A stretch of 64,000 nucleotides of DNA from Alphaproteobacteria bacterium (lineage in GTDB: Bacteria > Pseudomonadota > Alphaproteobacteria > UBA7887): positions 2,763,761 through 2,827,760 of the forward strand of contig OZ241350.1 in the NCBI GenBank assembly GCA_965200095.1. The letters are read 5' to 3'. This document shows positions 19,605 to 30,061 of the stretch, in pieces. The notes beneath the pieces were generated by a model. The model searched no databases, was not told the origin of the DNA, and saw only the letters and a list, made by a program, of their open reading frames with translations. The number at the start of each line of letters is the position of its first letter. The stretch's first letter is position 1. The position numbers and the translations under genes are program-made.

Positions 19605-20462
19605 CTACCGGCCGTTCGCGGCAATGGCGTCGGCGGCGACGGGACGCGCGGGGAAGACGCGCTTCGGGGCTGCAATCCTCTCCTGCGCCGCCACCGGCGC
19701 TGCGCCGTCGCCGTCGCCCGCCTCCAGCAGTTCGAAGGTCGCGGATACGGCGTGCGAAACGGCGTCGGCGAGCGCCGCGCCGCCCAGCAGACGACCGAGC
19801 AGAATCGCCGTCATGGTGTCGCCGGCGCCGTTGCCCGCCACCGGCAGAAGCGGCGTTTCGACCAGCCACGCCTCGCTCCCGCGGCAGGCGAGCGCGCCGG
19901 TTCCGGCCGCCGTCGGCGCCGAGGTGGCGACCACGGTCGGCGGCCCCCGTTCGGAGAGCCAGCGGCACGCGGCGCGCCCCTCGGCGACGGTCGCGACCGG
20001 GCGCCCCGCCAGACGCGACAATTCGAAGGTGTTGGGGGTAACGATGTCGGCGCGCGGCGCCAGCAGCTCCGCCACCGCCGCGGCCGCCTCCCCGGAGACG
20101 AAAAGGCCGCGCGCCGCGTTCCCCATCACCGGATCGCAAACGTATAGCGCGTTGGGCCGGGCGGCCTTGACCCGGTCGACCGCCTCCGCGACAACCGCGG
20201 CGAGTTCGGCGCTCCCCAGATAGCCGGTCAACACCGCGTCGACCCCGGCGAAGCCCGTCTGCTTCCCGAGTCCTTCCAGCACCGCGCGGACGTGGGCCGC
20301 GCCGAGGGCGCCGCCGCCCTGGCCCGGGCGCCCGGTGTGGCCCGACAGCTGCGCAGTATGCACCGGCCAGACCTCGACGCCGAGCCGTTGCAGCGCGAAC
20401 ACGGCGGCGGAATTGCCGACATGGCCGCGGGCGACCGAGGATTGTATGGAAAGCACCGCCAT
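19605..20462 (-). CDS. pdxY: Pyridoxal kinase
   Basis: VLSIQSSVARGHVGNSAAVFALQRLG, VLTGYLGS, YVCDPVMG, TPNTFEL, NGAGD. Confidence 0.92.
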   Translation of the reverse strand: MAVLSIQSSVARGHVGNSAAVFALQRLGVEVWPVHTAQLSGHTGRPGQGGGALGAAHVRAVLEGLGKQTGFAGVDAVLTGYLGSAELAAVVAEAVDRVKAARPNALYVCDPVMGNAARGLFVSGEAAAAVAELLAPRADIVTPNTFELSRLAGRPVATVAEGRAACRWLSERGPPTVVATSAPTAAGTGALACRGSEAWLVETPLLPVAGNGAGDTMTAILLGRLLGGAALADAVSHAVSATFELLEAGDGDGAAPVAAQERIAAPKRVFPARPVAADAIAANGR

Positions 20463-20469
20463 CGCGCGT

Positions 20470-21858
20470 CTACAACGCCTTGACGATGTCCTCCACCATC
20501 TTCTTCGCGTCGGCGAAGAGCATCATGGTCTTGTCGCGGTAGAACAGGTCGTTGTCGATCCCCGCATAGCCCGGGGACAACGACCGTTTCACGAACAGCA
20601 CGGTCTTCGCCTTGTCCACCTCGAGGATCGGCATCCCCGCGATGGGGCTGGACGGATCGCTGCGCGCCGCCGGGTTGGTGACGTCGTTGGCGCCGATGAC
20701 GAACGCGACATCGGCCGTCGCGAAGTCGGAATTGATCTCTTCGAGTTCGAAGACCTCCTCATAGGGAACGCTGGCTTCCGCGAGCAGCACGTTCATGTGT
20801 CCGGGCATGCGCCCGGCGACGGGGTGGATGGCGTAGCGGATTTTCACCCCGGCGCCGCGCAGCGAGTCGGCCATTTCGCGCAGCGCGTGTTGCGCCTGGG
20901 CCACCGCCATGCCGTAGCCGGGAACCACGATCACCGACTCCGCGTTCTGCATGATGAACGCCGCGTCGTCCGCGCTGCCGGCCTTTACGGATTTGTCGGT
21001 CCGCCCCGCCGCTGCGGCGCCGTCCGCGGCGCCGAAGCCGCCGAGAATGACGTTGACGAAGGAGCGGTTCATCCCCTTGCACATGATGTAGGACAGGATG
21101 GCGCCCGACGCGCCGACCAGCGCGCCCACGATGATCAGCGCCGTGTTCTGGAGCGTGAAGCCGATGCCGGCCGCCGCCCAGCCCGAATAGGAATTGAGCA
21201 TCGAGATCACGACCGGCATGTCGGCGCCGCCGATCGGGATGATGAGGGTGACGCCGACCGCCAGCGCCAGCAGGGTCATCGCCCAGAACGCGGCCTCGCT
21301 CCCGGTGACGCAGAACCAGACGATCAGGGCGACGATGGCCAGGCCGATCGCCAGATTCGCCCAGTGCTGCAAGGGGAATACGACCGGCGCGCCCGACATG
21401 AGCGCCTGCAATTTCGCGAAAGCGACGACCGAACCGGTGAAGGTGATCGCGCCGATGACGACGCCCAGCGACATCTCCACGCGGCTCGCGGTCTTTATCG
21501 CGCCGGTCTCGTCGACGATGCCGTAGGCTTCCGGCGCGTAGAGCGCGGCGGCGGCGACCAGCACCGCGGCGAGCCCCACCAGGCTGTGAAAGGCCGCCAC
21601 CAGCTGCGGCATCGCCTTCATTTCGATGCGCAACGCGATGACCGCGCCCACGGCGCCGCCGGCCGCCATCGCCGCGGCGACCCACGCCCAGGCGCCGAAG
21701 CCGGGCTGCGCGAGGGTGACCGCCACCGCGATGGCCATGCCGGCAATGCCGAACGCATTGCCCGGGCGCGCCGAGGTGGGCGAGCTCAACCCCTTCAGCG
21801 CGAGAATGAAACACACCGCCGCCGCGAGATAGGCGAAGGCGGAAAGAGTGGCCGACAT
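20470..21858 (-). CDS. pntB: NAD(P)+ transhydrogenase subunit beta
   Basis: HSLVGLAAV, IGGADMPVVISMLNSYSGWAAAG, VPGYGMAVAQAQH, HPVAGRMPGHMNVLLAEA, GANDVTNPAA. Confidence 0.96.
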   Translation of the reverse strand: MSATLSAFAYLAAAVCFILALKGLSSPTSARPGNAFGIAGMAIAVAVTLAQPGFGAWAWVAAAMAAGGAVGAVIALRIEMKAMPQLVAAFHSLVGLAAVLVAAAALYAPEAYGIVDETGAIKTASRVEMSLGVVIGAITFTGSVVAFAKLQALMSGAPVVFPLQHWANLAIGLAIVALIVWFCVTGSEAAFWAMTLLALAVGVTLIIPIGGADMPVVISMLNSYSGWAAAGIGFTLQNTALIIVGALVGASGAILSYIMCKGMNRSFVNVILGGFGAADGAAAAGRTDKSVKAGSADDAAFIMQNAESVIVVPGYGMAVAQAQHALREMADSLRGAGVKIRYAIHPVAGRMPGHMNVLLAEASVPYEEVFELEEINSDFATADVAFVIGANDVTNPAARSDPSSPIAGMPILEVDKAKTVLFVKRSLSPGYAGIDNDLFYRDKTMMLFADAKKMVEDIVKAL

Positions 21859-21861
21859 GCC

Positions 21862-22191
21862 CTATTCCCCCGACCGCGCCGGGCGCCGCTTGCGAAACAT
21901 CCCCAGCATCCGCTGGGTGACGATGAAGCCGCCGAAAATGTTCACCGAGGCCAGCGCCACGGCGACGACCCCCAGGGTCTTCGACAGGCCGAACCCGCCT
22001 TGCGCCGCGGCCTCGCCGGCCTCCGCCCCGACGGCGATCAGCGCGCCGACGACGATGATGCCGGAAATCGCGTTGGTCACCGACATCAACGGGGTATGCA
22101 GCGCCGGCGTGACGCTCCACACCACATAATACCCGACGAAGACCGCCAGCACGAAGACGGTGAAATCCTGAACGAATTGCGGGTCGGTCAC
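21862..22191 (-). CDS. pntA: NAD(P)+ transhydrogenase subunit alpha, part 2 (membrane)
   Basis: [49 protein letters not shown]; GTG start. Confidence 0.93.
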   Translation of the reverse strand: MTDPQFVQDFTVFVLAVFVGYYVVWSVTPALHTPLMSVTNAISGIIVVGALIAVGAEAGEAAAQGGFGLSKTLGVVAVALASVNIFGGFIVTQRMLGMFRKRRPARSGE

Positions 22192-23345
22192 GTTCCTTCT
22201 CCGTCGGTCAGCATGGGGTGCACGACGGCGCCGTCGCGCGTCACGCAGGCGCCGGCCACAACCTCGTCCTCCCAGTCGATCTTCAGCGACCCGGCGGCGC
22301 CGTCGATCATCGGCGAGACGAAGTTGAACAGGTTGCGGGCGTAGAGCGCGCTGGCGTCCACCGCGACGCGGCTCGGCACGTTGGCGTGTCCGACGATCGC
22401 CACGCCGTTCTCGCGCACCACCTCGCCGTGCCTCGACAATTCGCAATTGCCGCCGCTCTCGGTCGCCAGATCGACGATCACCGACCCCGGTTTCATGTCG
22501 GCGACCATGGACGCCGCGATCAGGGTCGGGGCCGGGCGGCCGGGGATCAACGCCGTGCAGATGGCGATGTCGTGGCTCTTCAGCGTCTCATGGATCAGTT
22601 CGCCCTGGCGGCGGCGGTAATCCTCGCCCATTTCCCTTGCGTAACCGCCGGCGGTCTCCGCCTTTTCCGCCTCCTCGTCGGGGACTTCGATGAACTTCGC
22701 GCCCAGGCTTTCCACCTGTTCCTTGACGGCGGGGCGGACATCGAAGGCCGACACCACGGCGCCGAGGCGGCGCGCGGTCGCCACCGCCTGAAGGCCGGCG
22801 ACGCCGGCGCCGAGCACCAGCACCTTCGCCGGGGCGATGGTCCCGGCCGCGGTCATCATCATCGGAATGACCTTGCCGAACTCCGCCGCCGCGTCGAGCA
22901 CCGCCTTGTAGCCGGCGAGGTTGCCTTGCGACGACAGCGCGTCCATGCCCTGCGCCCGGCTGATGCGCGGCACCAGCTCCATGGCGAAAGCGGTCACGCC
23001 GCGCGCCGCATAGTCCCGGACCCGGTCTCGGTGCTGCAACGGCGCGAGCAGCGCCACCAGCACCTGGCCGCTCGCGAGGCGCGCCATTTCATCCTCGCCT
23101 TCTTCGGCGGTCATCGGCCGCGCCACCTTGAGCACCGCATCGGCGCCGTCCCACGTCTCGTCGGCGGTGGCGGCGACCGTCGCGCCGGCTTCGGCGAAGG
23201 CCGCGTCGCCGATCGCCGACGCCTCGCCGGCGCCCGCCTCGACCGTTACCTCGACGCCGAGGGCGGCGAACTTCCCGACCGCTTGCGGCGACGCGGCCAC
23301 GCGCCTTTCGCCTTCCCGGCGCTCCTTCGGAATCGCGATTTTCAT
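22188..23345 (-). CDS. pntA: NAD(P)+ transhydrogenase subunit alpha, part 1 (NAD(H)-binding)
   Basis: [70 protein letters not shown]. Confidence 0.95.
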   Translation of the reverse strand: MKIAIPKERREGERRVAASPQAVGKFAALGVEVTVEAGAGEASAIGDAAFAEAGATVAATADETWDGADAVLKVARPMTAEEGEDEMARLASGQVLVALLAPLQHRDRVRDYAARGVTAFAMELVPRISRAQGMDALSSQGNLAGYKAVLDAAAEFGKVIPMMMTAAGTIAPAKVLVLGAGVAGLQAVATARRLGAVVSAFDVRPAVKEQVESLGAKFIEVPDEEAEKAETAGGYAREMGEDYRRRQGELIHETLKSHDIAICTALIPGRPAPTLIAASMVADMKPGSVIVDLATESGGNCELSRHGEVVRENGVAIVGHANVPSRVAVDASALYARNLFNFVSPMIDGAAGSLKIDWEDEVVAGACVTRDGAVVHPMLTDGEGT

Positions 23346-23430
23346 GCTGGCGTCCCCGACCCGGCTCCGCGGCCCGCTCCCCGCGGCGCGTTCGCAAACC
23401 GCGCCTCTATAGCCGGGCGGCGCGAGAAAT

Positions 23431-24759
23431 TCACCTCGAATCCGCGCGCGGCACGCTCCGCGCCAGCGCCGGCCACGCCGCGGCGAGCGTGCCCGCGCGC
23501 AACGCCATCAGGATCAGGAATACGAACCACAACCCGTGATTCCCCCACATCGGCACGAAAACCGCCAGCGCCGCGAGATAACCGGCGAACGCCGCAAGCA
23601 TCGCGTTGCGCATCGTCCGCCCGCGCGTCGCGCCGATGAACACGCCGTCGAGCTGAAACGCCCATACCGACACGAGGGGAGACGCCACCGCCCAGGGCAG
23701 ATATTCGAGGACCGCGCTGCGAACCTCGGGCGCTGTCGTTATCAGACCTGCGAGCGCCATCCCCGCGACCGCGAAGACGAGGGCGTAGCCGACCGCGACG
23801 ACCGCCGCCCACAAGGTCGAAATCCGCACCGCGACCGTCAGCGCGGCGCGGTCGCGCCGGCCCACCGCAGCGCCGACCAGCGCCTCGGCGGCGTGCGCGA
23901 ACCCGTCCAGCCCGTAGGACATGAACGCCTGAAAGATCATCAGCACGCCGTTGGCGGCGAGGATGACGTCGCCGAAGCGGGCGCCGATCGCCGTCACCAT
24001 CGACGACGCGCAGATCAGGCAGAGCGTGCGCACGAAAATGTCGCGGTTGAGGCGCATCGTCGCGGCCAGCGCCGCGCCGTCCCGGACGCCGCGCCACGGC
24101 CACGCCGCGCCGAGAGCGCGCCTCTCGCGCTGCGCGACCCACAATCCGACGGCGAGGCCGGCATACTGGGCCGCGACCGTCGCCGCGGCGACGCCGTCCA
24201 CCCCCATGTCCAACCGCACCGCCAGAACGACATCGAGCGCCATGTTGGCGCCGTTGACGACGAGCTGAAGCGCCAGACAGAGAGCGACCCGCTGCCGGCC
24301 GAGAAGCCAGCCCAGCAGCGCGAGGTTGCAGATGGCCGCCGGCGCGCCCCAGATGCGGGTCGCGATGTAACTTTCCACCAGCGGCCGCACCGCGTCGCTC
24401 GGCGCAAAGGCCGCCAGCGACGCCTGGACGATCGGCCCTCGCAGCGCGATCATGGCCAGGCCCGCCGCCGCCGCCAGGGCGGCCGCGCGCAGCAGCGTCG
24501 CCAGCAAGGCGTCGGCGTTCCCCGCGCCATGCGCCTGCGCGGCGAGGCCCGCCGTGCCCATGCGCAGGAACGAGAACCCCCAGTAAAGGAACGAGAACAC
24601 CGTCGCGCCGACCGCGACCGCGCCGATCTCCGCCGCGCCCAGGCGGCCGACGACCGCGGTGTCCACTGCGCCCAGAAGCGGGATCGTCAGGTTGGCGAGA
24701 ATGTTCGGCGCAGCGAGCCGCCAGACGCGCTTGTGCCAGCCGCTCTCCCGCGCGTTCAA
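23431..24759 (-). CDS. MATE family efflux transporter (DinF-like)
   Basis: LAAPNILANLTIPLLGAVDTAVVGRL, FLRMGTAGLAAQAHG, SYGLDGFAHAAEALVG, FQLDGVFIGAT. Confidence 0.92.
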   Translation of the reverse strand: MNARESGWHKRVWRLAAPNILANLTIPLLGAVDTAVVGRLGAAEIGAVAVGATVFSFLYWGFSFLRMGTAGLAAQAHGAGNADALLATLLRAAALAAAAGLAMIALRGPIVQASLAAFAPSDAVRPLVESYIATRIWGAPAAICNLALLGWLLGRQRVALCLALQLVVNGANMALDVVLAVRLDMGVDGVAAATVAAQYAGLAVGLWVAQRERRALGAAWPWRGVRDGAALAATMRLNRDIFVRTLCLICASSMVTAIGARFGDVILAANGVLMIFQAFMSYGLDGFAHAAEALVGAAVGRRDRAALTVAVRISTLWAAVVAVGYALVFAVAGMALAGLITTAPEVRSAVLEYLPWAVASPLVSVWAFQLDGVFIGATRGRTMRNAMLAAFAGYLAALAVFVPMWGNHGLWFVFLILMALRAGTLAAAWPALARSVPRADSR

Positions 24760-24760
24760 G

Positions 24761-26056
24761 TCATTCCGGCGCGCCGGCGGCCGGGCGGGGGTCGGGGCCG
24801 CCGGTAGCCCAGTCGAGCAGCTGCGCAGTGTGCAGGACCGGGACCCCGACGCCCGACAGCTGCGTCATGCAGCCGATATTGCCGCTGGCGACGACATCGG
24901 GGGCGCAGGCGCGCAATGCGTCGATCTTGCGGCGCCGCAGCGATGCCGCGAGGCGCGGCTGCAAAAGGTTGTAGGTTCCCGCCGACCCGCAACACAGATG
25001 CGCTTCCGCCGGCTCCGCGACATCGAACCCGGCGCGTTCGAGCAGCGCCCGCGGCGGCGCCGTCACCTTCTGGCCGTGCCGCAGGGAACACGCCGCCTGA
25101 TAGGCGACCCGGAGGCGCGGAACGTTCCGCGGGGAGTCGAGGCCGAGCCCGTCCATCCACTCGGTAACGTCGCGCGCGCGCCCGGCGACCGCGGCCGCCG
25201 CGTCGGCCCATTGCGGGTCGCCGCGCAGCATGTGGCCGTAGTCCTTGACCGCGGTCCCGCAGCCGGAGGCGTTGACGACGATGGCGTCGAGGCCGCCATT
25301 GTCGATCTCGCGGCCCCACGCGGCGACGTTGCGCCGCGCCGCGCGCAGCGCGTCGTCCCGCCGCCCCATATGGTGAGTCAGCGCGCCGCAGCATCCGGCG
25401 TCTCCGGACAGGACGACCTCGCACCCGTGGCGCGTGAGGAGGCGGACGGTCGCGCGGTTGATCTCCGGCGCCAGAACTCGCTGGGCGCAGCCGGCGAGCA
25501 GCGCCACCCTCGCGCGGCGCCGGCCGCGCGCCGGAAAGCGCCCGGGGCGCAGGTCGGCGGCGCGCCCGGGCAACCGCCGCGGCGCCATCCCGACCAGGGT
25601 CCGCAACCGGCCCGGCAGGGCGCCCGCGAAGGGCCGGACCAGCCGCGCCCCCCACAGCGCGAGGCGGAACAGACGCGGACGCGGCAGAACCGCCGCGAGC
25701 AGCGCTCGCAACATGCGTTCGGCGCGCGGGCGCCGGCCCGTCTCCTCGATGCGGACGCGCGCGTAATCGACCAGGTGCATGTAGTGCACGCCCGAGGGGC
25801 AGGTCGTCATGCACGACAGGCAGGACAGGCACCGGTCCACGTGAGTCGTCACGCTGTCCGGCGCCGGGAGGTCGCGCTCCAGCATGTCCTTGATCAGATA
25901 GATGCGCCCGCGCGGGCTGTCGCGCTCGTCCCCCAGCATGACGTAGGTGGGGCAGGTGGCGGTGCAGAACCCGCAATGCACGCAGGCGCGGAGTATCTCG
26001 TTCGCCCGCGCGATGTCCGGGTCGGCCAGCTGGGCGAGGGTGAAGTCGGTCTTCAT
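24761..26056 (-). CDS. glcF: Glycolate oxidase iron-sulfur subunit
   Basis: MKTDFTLAQLADP..ILRACVHCGFCTATCPTY, CLSCLSCMTTCPSGV, GCCGAL, CCGSAGTYNLLQP. Confidence 0.93.
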   Translation of the reverse strand: MKTDFTLAQLADPDIARANEILRACVHCGFCTATCPTYVMLGDERDSPRGRIYLIKDMLERDLPAPDSVTTHVDRCLSCLSCMTTCPSGVHYMHLVDYARVRIEETGRRPRAERMLRALLAAVLPRPRLFRLALWGARLVRPFAGALPGRLRTLVGMAPRRLPGRAADLRPGRFPARGRRRARVALLAGCAQRVLAPEINRATVRLLTRHGCEVVLSGDAGCCGALTHHMGRRDDALRAARRNVAAWGREIDNGGLDAIVVNASGCGTAVKDYGHMLRGDPQWADAAAAVAGRARDVTEWMDGLGLDSPRNVPRLRVAYQAACSLRHGQKVTAPPRALLERAGFDVAEPAEAHLCCGSAGTYNLLQPRLAASLRRRKIDALRACAPDVVASGNIGCMTQLSGVGVPVLHTAQLLDWATGGPDPRPAAGAPE

Positions 26057-26108
26057 GGCGGCGCGCTCCCGATCTCCCGACGGCGCGGCCCCGCGGCGGG
26101 CACGGCGT

Positions 26109-27461
26109 TCAGCCGGCTCGCCGGCGGGCGCCGGCCCAGGGGTTGCGACCGACCCGCGGAAGCAGCCGGATGGGGACGCCGGGGAGGTCGAAGGATTCGC
26201 GCAGCCCGTTCACCAGATATCGCCGGTAGGCGGTCGGCAGGCCGTCTGCGCGGTTCACGAACAGCGCGAAACTCGGCGGACGCGCCGACACCTGCGCGAT
26301 GTAGCGGATGGCGACGCGGCGCCCGCCGTCGAGCGGCGGCGGATGGCGCTCCAGCATCGCCGCGAGCCAGCGGTTGAGTTTCGCGGTCGGCAGGCGCCGG
26401 CTCCACACTTCCCGGGCGTCGAAAACGGCCCGCATCAGCGCCGCGACGCCGTGGCCCGTGCGCGCCGAAACGCACGCCAGCGGCGCGCCGCGCGATTGCG
26501 GCAGCGCCGACTCCAGCCGTTCGGCGATGCGGCGGCGGACGGCCCCGGCCGGCGCCGCCAGGTCCCACTTGTTCGCCGCGACCGCCATCGCGCGGCCCTC
26601 TTCGGCGATCTGCCGGGCGATGGCGATGTCCTGCCGCTCCAGCGGCGCGGCGGCGTCGACGAGCAACACCGCGACCTCGCACATGCCGATGGCCCGCGCC
26701 GTCGCGGCGGCGGCGTCTTTCTCCACCGCGTCGCCGACGCGCCCCCGGCGGCGCAGCCCGGCGGTGTCGACAAGCAGAATTTCGCGGCCCCGCCAGCGCC
26801 AGGCAACGGCGACCGCGTCGCGGGTGACGCCCGGTTCGGGCCCGGTAACGACCCGCGCCTCGCCGAGCAGGCGGTTGACGAGCGTCGACTTCCCGACATT
26901 CGGCCGCCCGACGATGGCGAGACGCAGCGCGTCGCCGGGACGCGCCGGAGGCGCATCGGCGTCGGCCAGCGCCGGGCAAGCCGTAGTCATCGCCTCGTAG
27001 AGTTCGCCCAGGCCTTCGCCATGCGCGGACGAGACGGCGATCGGGGCGCCGAGGCCGAGTCCGTGAGCGTCGAGCCATGCGGCCTCGCCGGCGCCGCCTT
27101 CGGCCTTGTTGACCAGCACCGCCGCCGCGCCGCCGCGCCGCCGCAGCCATTGCGCGAAACGGCGGTCCGGCGGCGCGACGCCGGCGCGCCCGTCGAGGAC
27201 GAACAGCGTCAGGTCGACGCTGTCCAGCAGGGCGTCGGTGCGTTCGAACATCCGCGCTTCGAGGCTGTCGCGCGGCGCATCGTCGAGGCCGGCGGTGTCG
27301 ATCGCCAGGAAGCGCGCGGGCCCCAGGCGGGCGCGTCCCTCGCGCCAGTCCCGGGTCATCCCCGGGCGGTCGCCGACCAGCGCCTCCCGCCGCCCGACCA
27401 GGCGGTTGAACAGAGTGGATTTCCCCACATTCGGGCGGCCGACGATGGCGACGCGGAGCAT
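26109..27461 (-). CDS. der: Ribosome biogenesis GTPase Der (EngA)
   Basis: Two G domains (GRPNVGKSTLFNRL..DTAG..NKAE; GRPNVGKSTLVNRLL..DTAG..NKWD) and C-terminal KH-like domain. Confidence 0.95.
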   Translation of the reverse strand: MLRVAIVGRPNVGKSTLFNRLVGRREALVGDRPGMTRDWREGRARLGPARFLAIDTAGLDDAPRDSLEARMFERTDALLDSVDLTLFVLDGRAGVAPPDRRFAQWLRRRGGAAAVLVNKAEGGAGEAAWLDAHGLGLGAPIAVSSAHGEGLGELYEAMTTACPALADADAPPARPGDALRLAIVGRPNVGKSTLVNRLLGEARVVTGPEPGVTRDAVAVAWRWRGREILLVDTAGLRRRGRVGDAVEKDAAAATARAIGMCEVAVLLVDAAAPLERQDIAIARQIAEEGRAMAVAANKWDLAAPAGAVRRRIAERLESALPQSRGAPLACVSARTGHGVAALMRAVFDAREVWSRRLPTAKLNRWLAAMLERHPPPLDGGRRVAIRYIAQVSARPPSFALFVNRADGLPTAYRRYLVNGLRESFDLPGVPIRLLPRVGRNPWAGARRRAG

Positions 27462-27634
27462 GCTTTCCTGTCCAGAAACTCGTAATGCACGGAAATGACG
27501 CGGATTCCCCGAACCGGGGCGTCTATGGTCCCACATATTCGCCGGCGCCCGAAACGACTTGCCCGACGCCGATGGGATCCGTGTCGGACACTAACACGCT
27601 TGCGGATCGCTGCGCGACGGCCTATGGCCGCGGC

Positions 27635-27889
27635 ATGAACGGAACGACTTTCGACACACTTGCCGCCGCAAAGACGCTCAGGGAAGCCGGGTTCGAGAAT
27701 CGACAGGCCGAAGCCGTCGCCGGCGTCATGCGCCACGCCACCCGCCTTCGCGGGTGCAGGCTCGCCGATCGCGACACGCTCGCCACGAAGGCGGACATTG
27801 CCGCGTTGCGCGCCGACATGTACCGCGCTTTGTGGATACAGGGGGCCGGTCTCGTCGCGGTCATGGCGGCGCTAAAACTCTTCGGATAG
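27635..27889 (+). CDS. Small CCDC90/DUF1640-like coiled-coil membrane protein
   Basis: FDTLAAAKTLREAGFENRQAEAV..LATKADIAALRAD followed by a C-terminal hydrophobic helix. Confidence 0.7.
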   Translation: MNGTTFDTLAAAKTLREAGFENRQAEAVAGVMRHATRLRGCRLADRDTLATKADIAALRADMYRALWIQGAGLVAVMAALKLFG

Positions 27890-27952
27890 GCGCTGCTGGC
27901 GCGTCGTCCCCGTTGCTGCGGCGATCGGGACGCCGCCGCCCGACCTTCCCGG

Positions 27953-29293
27953 CTATCGGATGGCGACCAGTTCGGCGTCCCGGGTGAGCAGATATACGAT
28001 GCCGTCGGCGACGACCGGAGCGACCCGCGCGCCCGCCTCCGCTGCGCCCGCCGCAACCGCCCCGGCGGGCGAACCGTCGACGGGCGACAGGCGGCGGATC
28101 TCGCCGTCGCTGCTCGCCACGATGAGCGCGCCGCCGGCGAGCACCGGACCCGACCACAGGATCGGCTCCTCGCGGTCCTCCGGGTCGCTGTAGCGCGGCA
28201 GCGGAGTCACCCAGCGGATGCGTCCGTCGTCGCGCCGCAGGCAGACCACTTCCGCGTCGGCGGTCACCAGATACAGGTGATCTCCGGCGATCCAGGGGGT
28301 TTCGCCGCCGGCGATTTCCCGGTCCCAGACGCGGCCGCCCGAACGCAGATCGACCGCCGCAAGACTGCCGCCGCGACTGACGGCGAAGACCAGATCGCGG
28401 TCGATGACCGGACTCGCGTCGATGTCCGACAAGCTCGCGCGCGGCCCCAGCCGCCCTTGCAGGATCAACGTGTCGCTCCAAACGACCCTTCCGTTCTCCA
28501 CCCGCAGGGCGAACAGCTCGCCGGAAGAATAGGCGGCTAGGACGAGGTCGCCGCTGACCGCCGGCACCGCCGCCCCGAGCACCCCCGCCGGCTCGGCGAT
28601 GCCTTCATGCGTCCACAGCGTCTCGCCGGTCTCCGCGTCGAGGGCGAACAGGCGGTTGGCGGCGTCGATGGCGAAAACCCGGCCCCCGGCGACCGCCGGC
28701 GCGGCGCGGAACACGCCGCCCAGGCGCCGTCGCCAGAGGACGGCGCCGTCCCCGGACGCGAGCGCCGCGATCTCCCCGAACGCCGTGGCGGCGTAGAGCG
28801 TTCCGGCGGCGAAGGCGACGCCGCCGCCCAGACTGCCGTCGTCGTCCTCATCGTCCGGCAGCAGGTCGCGGGACCAGCCGCCCCCGCCCGGCCCGAGGGG
28901 GACGGCGACGACGCGCGACAGCGAATCGAGCGCGAAAATGCGTCCCTGCGCGACAACGGGCGCCGAAAGGATGACGTTCTCGTCGGTTTCTCCCGCGCCG
29001 ATATCGCGGCGCCACAGCACCTCCGCGCCGTCGCCGGCGGCTACGTGCTGCGGCGCGTGCTCCGGATTGACCCACGGCGCCGGCCATTCCGGATTCGCCG
29101 TCGCTTCCGGGAGCGTCAGCGGCTGCGCCGCCAGACCGGGGTCGGCCTCGAGAGCGCGGTCGAACAGCATGACCGATACCCGTTCGCCCGGCAGGATCGT
29201 CTCCTCCTCGTCGCCGAACCACCCGTCGGAGCAGCCGCCGAGCCCGGCCGCCAGGGGACCGAGGGCAGCCAGAGCGACAAGGCGCCGGATCAT
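27953..29293 (-). CDS. bamB: Outer membrane assembly lipoprotein BamB-like (PQQ-type beta-propeller)
   Basis: Lipobox-like LGGC, LPGERVSV, repeated Trp-ending beta-propeller blades; context yfgM-bamB-der. Confidence 0.85.
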   Translation of the reverse strand: MIRRLVALAALGPLAAGLGGCSDGWFGDEEETILPGERVSVMLFDRALEADPGLAAQPLTLPEATANPEWPAPWVNPEHAPQHVAAGDGAEVLWRRDIGAGETDENVILSAPVVAQGRIFALDSLSRVVAVPLGPGGGGWSRDLLPDDEDDDGSLGGGVAFAAGTLYAATAFGEIAALASGDGAVLWRRRLGGVFRAAPAVAGGRVFAIDAANRLFALDAETGETLWTHEGIAEPAGVLGAAVPAVSGDLVLAAYSSGELFALRVENGRVVWSDTLILQGRLGPRASLSDIDASPVIDRDLVFAVSRGGSLAAVDLRSGGRVWDREIAGGETPWIAGDHLYLVTADAEVVCLRRDDGRIRWVTPLPRYSDPEDREEPILWSGPVLAGGALIVASSDGEIRRLSPVDGSPAGAVAAGAAEAGARVAPVVADGIVYLLTRDAELVAIR

Positions 29294-29937
29294 GCTTCTC
29301 CTCCCAATGCCGCGGCCAGACGCCCGGCGCGTTCGCGCACGCCGCGCGGCGCGTCCGCCTCTTCGCGCAGCGCCTCGAACTCCTGGCGCGCCTCGGTCAG
29401 CCGGCCGTCCTGAAGGGCGGCGACGGCGACGAGCTCGCGCGCCAGGAATCGCCACGGCCCGGCGCCTTCGGCGACAGGCCCCAGGCGTCGTTCCGCCGCC
29501 CGCGTCTCGCCGCGGTCGATCAGATGTTGCGACGCCAGCACTTGCGCGAGATCCGCGAACACCGGGTCGGCGTCGGAATCGATCAGCGCGTTGTAGGCCG
29601 CGAGCGCCCCCGAACGGTCGCCGGAGCGGACCAGCATCGCCGCCTGCCGCAGGCGGGCGAGCGCGGCATGGGCGCCGCTTTCGGCCTCGGCAAACTGCGC
29701 GAAAGCCCGCGCCGACGCCTCCCATTCCTCATCGTCGGCAAGCCGCATCGCCGCGAGGAACCGGGCGCCGCGGTCGGCCGCCGCCGAGTCGCGATATGCC
29801 TGCCAGCCGACCGTAGCCGCCGTCCCCGCCACGAGCGCGACCGCCGCGCCGACGACATGCCAGCGCCAGCGCCGCCACAGCGCAAGCATGCGGTCGCGCT
29901 GGACATCTTCCTCGACTTCCCTGAACAGGTCGACCAC
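29290..29937 (-). CDS. yfgM: YfgM-like TPR-domain ancillary translocon protein
   Basis: VDLFREVEEDVQRDRM..W, one TM helix, TPR-like helices; directly upstream of bamB. Confidence 0.82.
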   Translation of the reverse strand: MVDLFREVEEDVQRDRMLALWRRWRWHVVGAAVALVAGTAATVGWQAYRDSAAADRGARFLAAMRLADDEEWEASARAFAQFAEAESGAHAALARLRQAAMLVRSGDRSGALAAYNALIDSDADPVFADLAQVLASQHLIDRGETRAAERRLGPVAEGAGPWRFLARELVAVAALQDGRLTEARQEFEALREEADAPRGVRERAGRLAAALGGEA

Positions 29938-30061
29938 GTTCCGACGCCCGCGCCCGCTGCTGCGTAAATTCGGGGGCAACCCTAGCCGAGCCGGCGCCGA
30001 AGGGCAAACCGCGTTCCGCGCCGCGGCCGGACAGGCGAAGGCGCGGCGGGCTGTCGAACCG

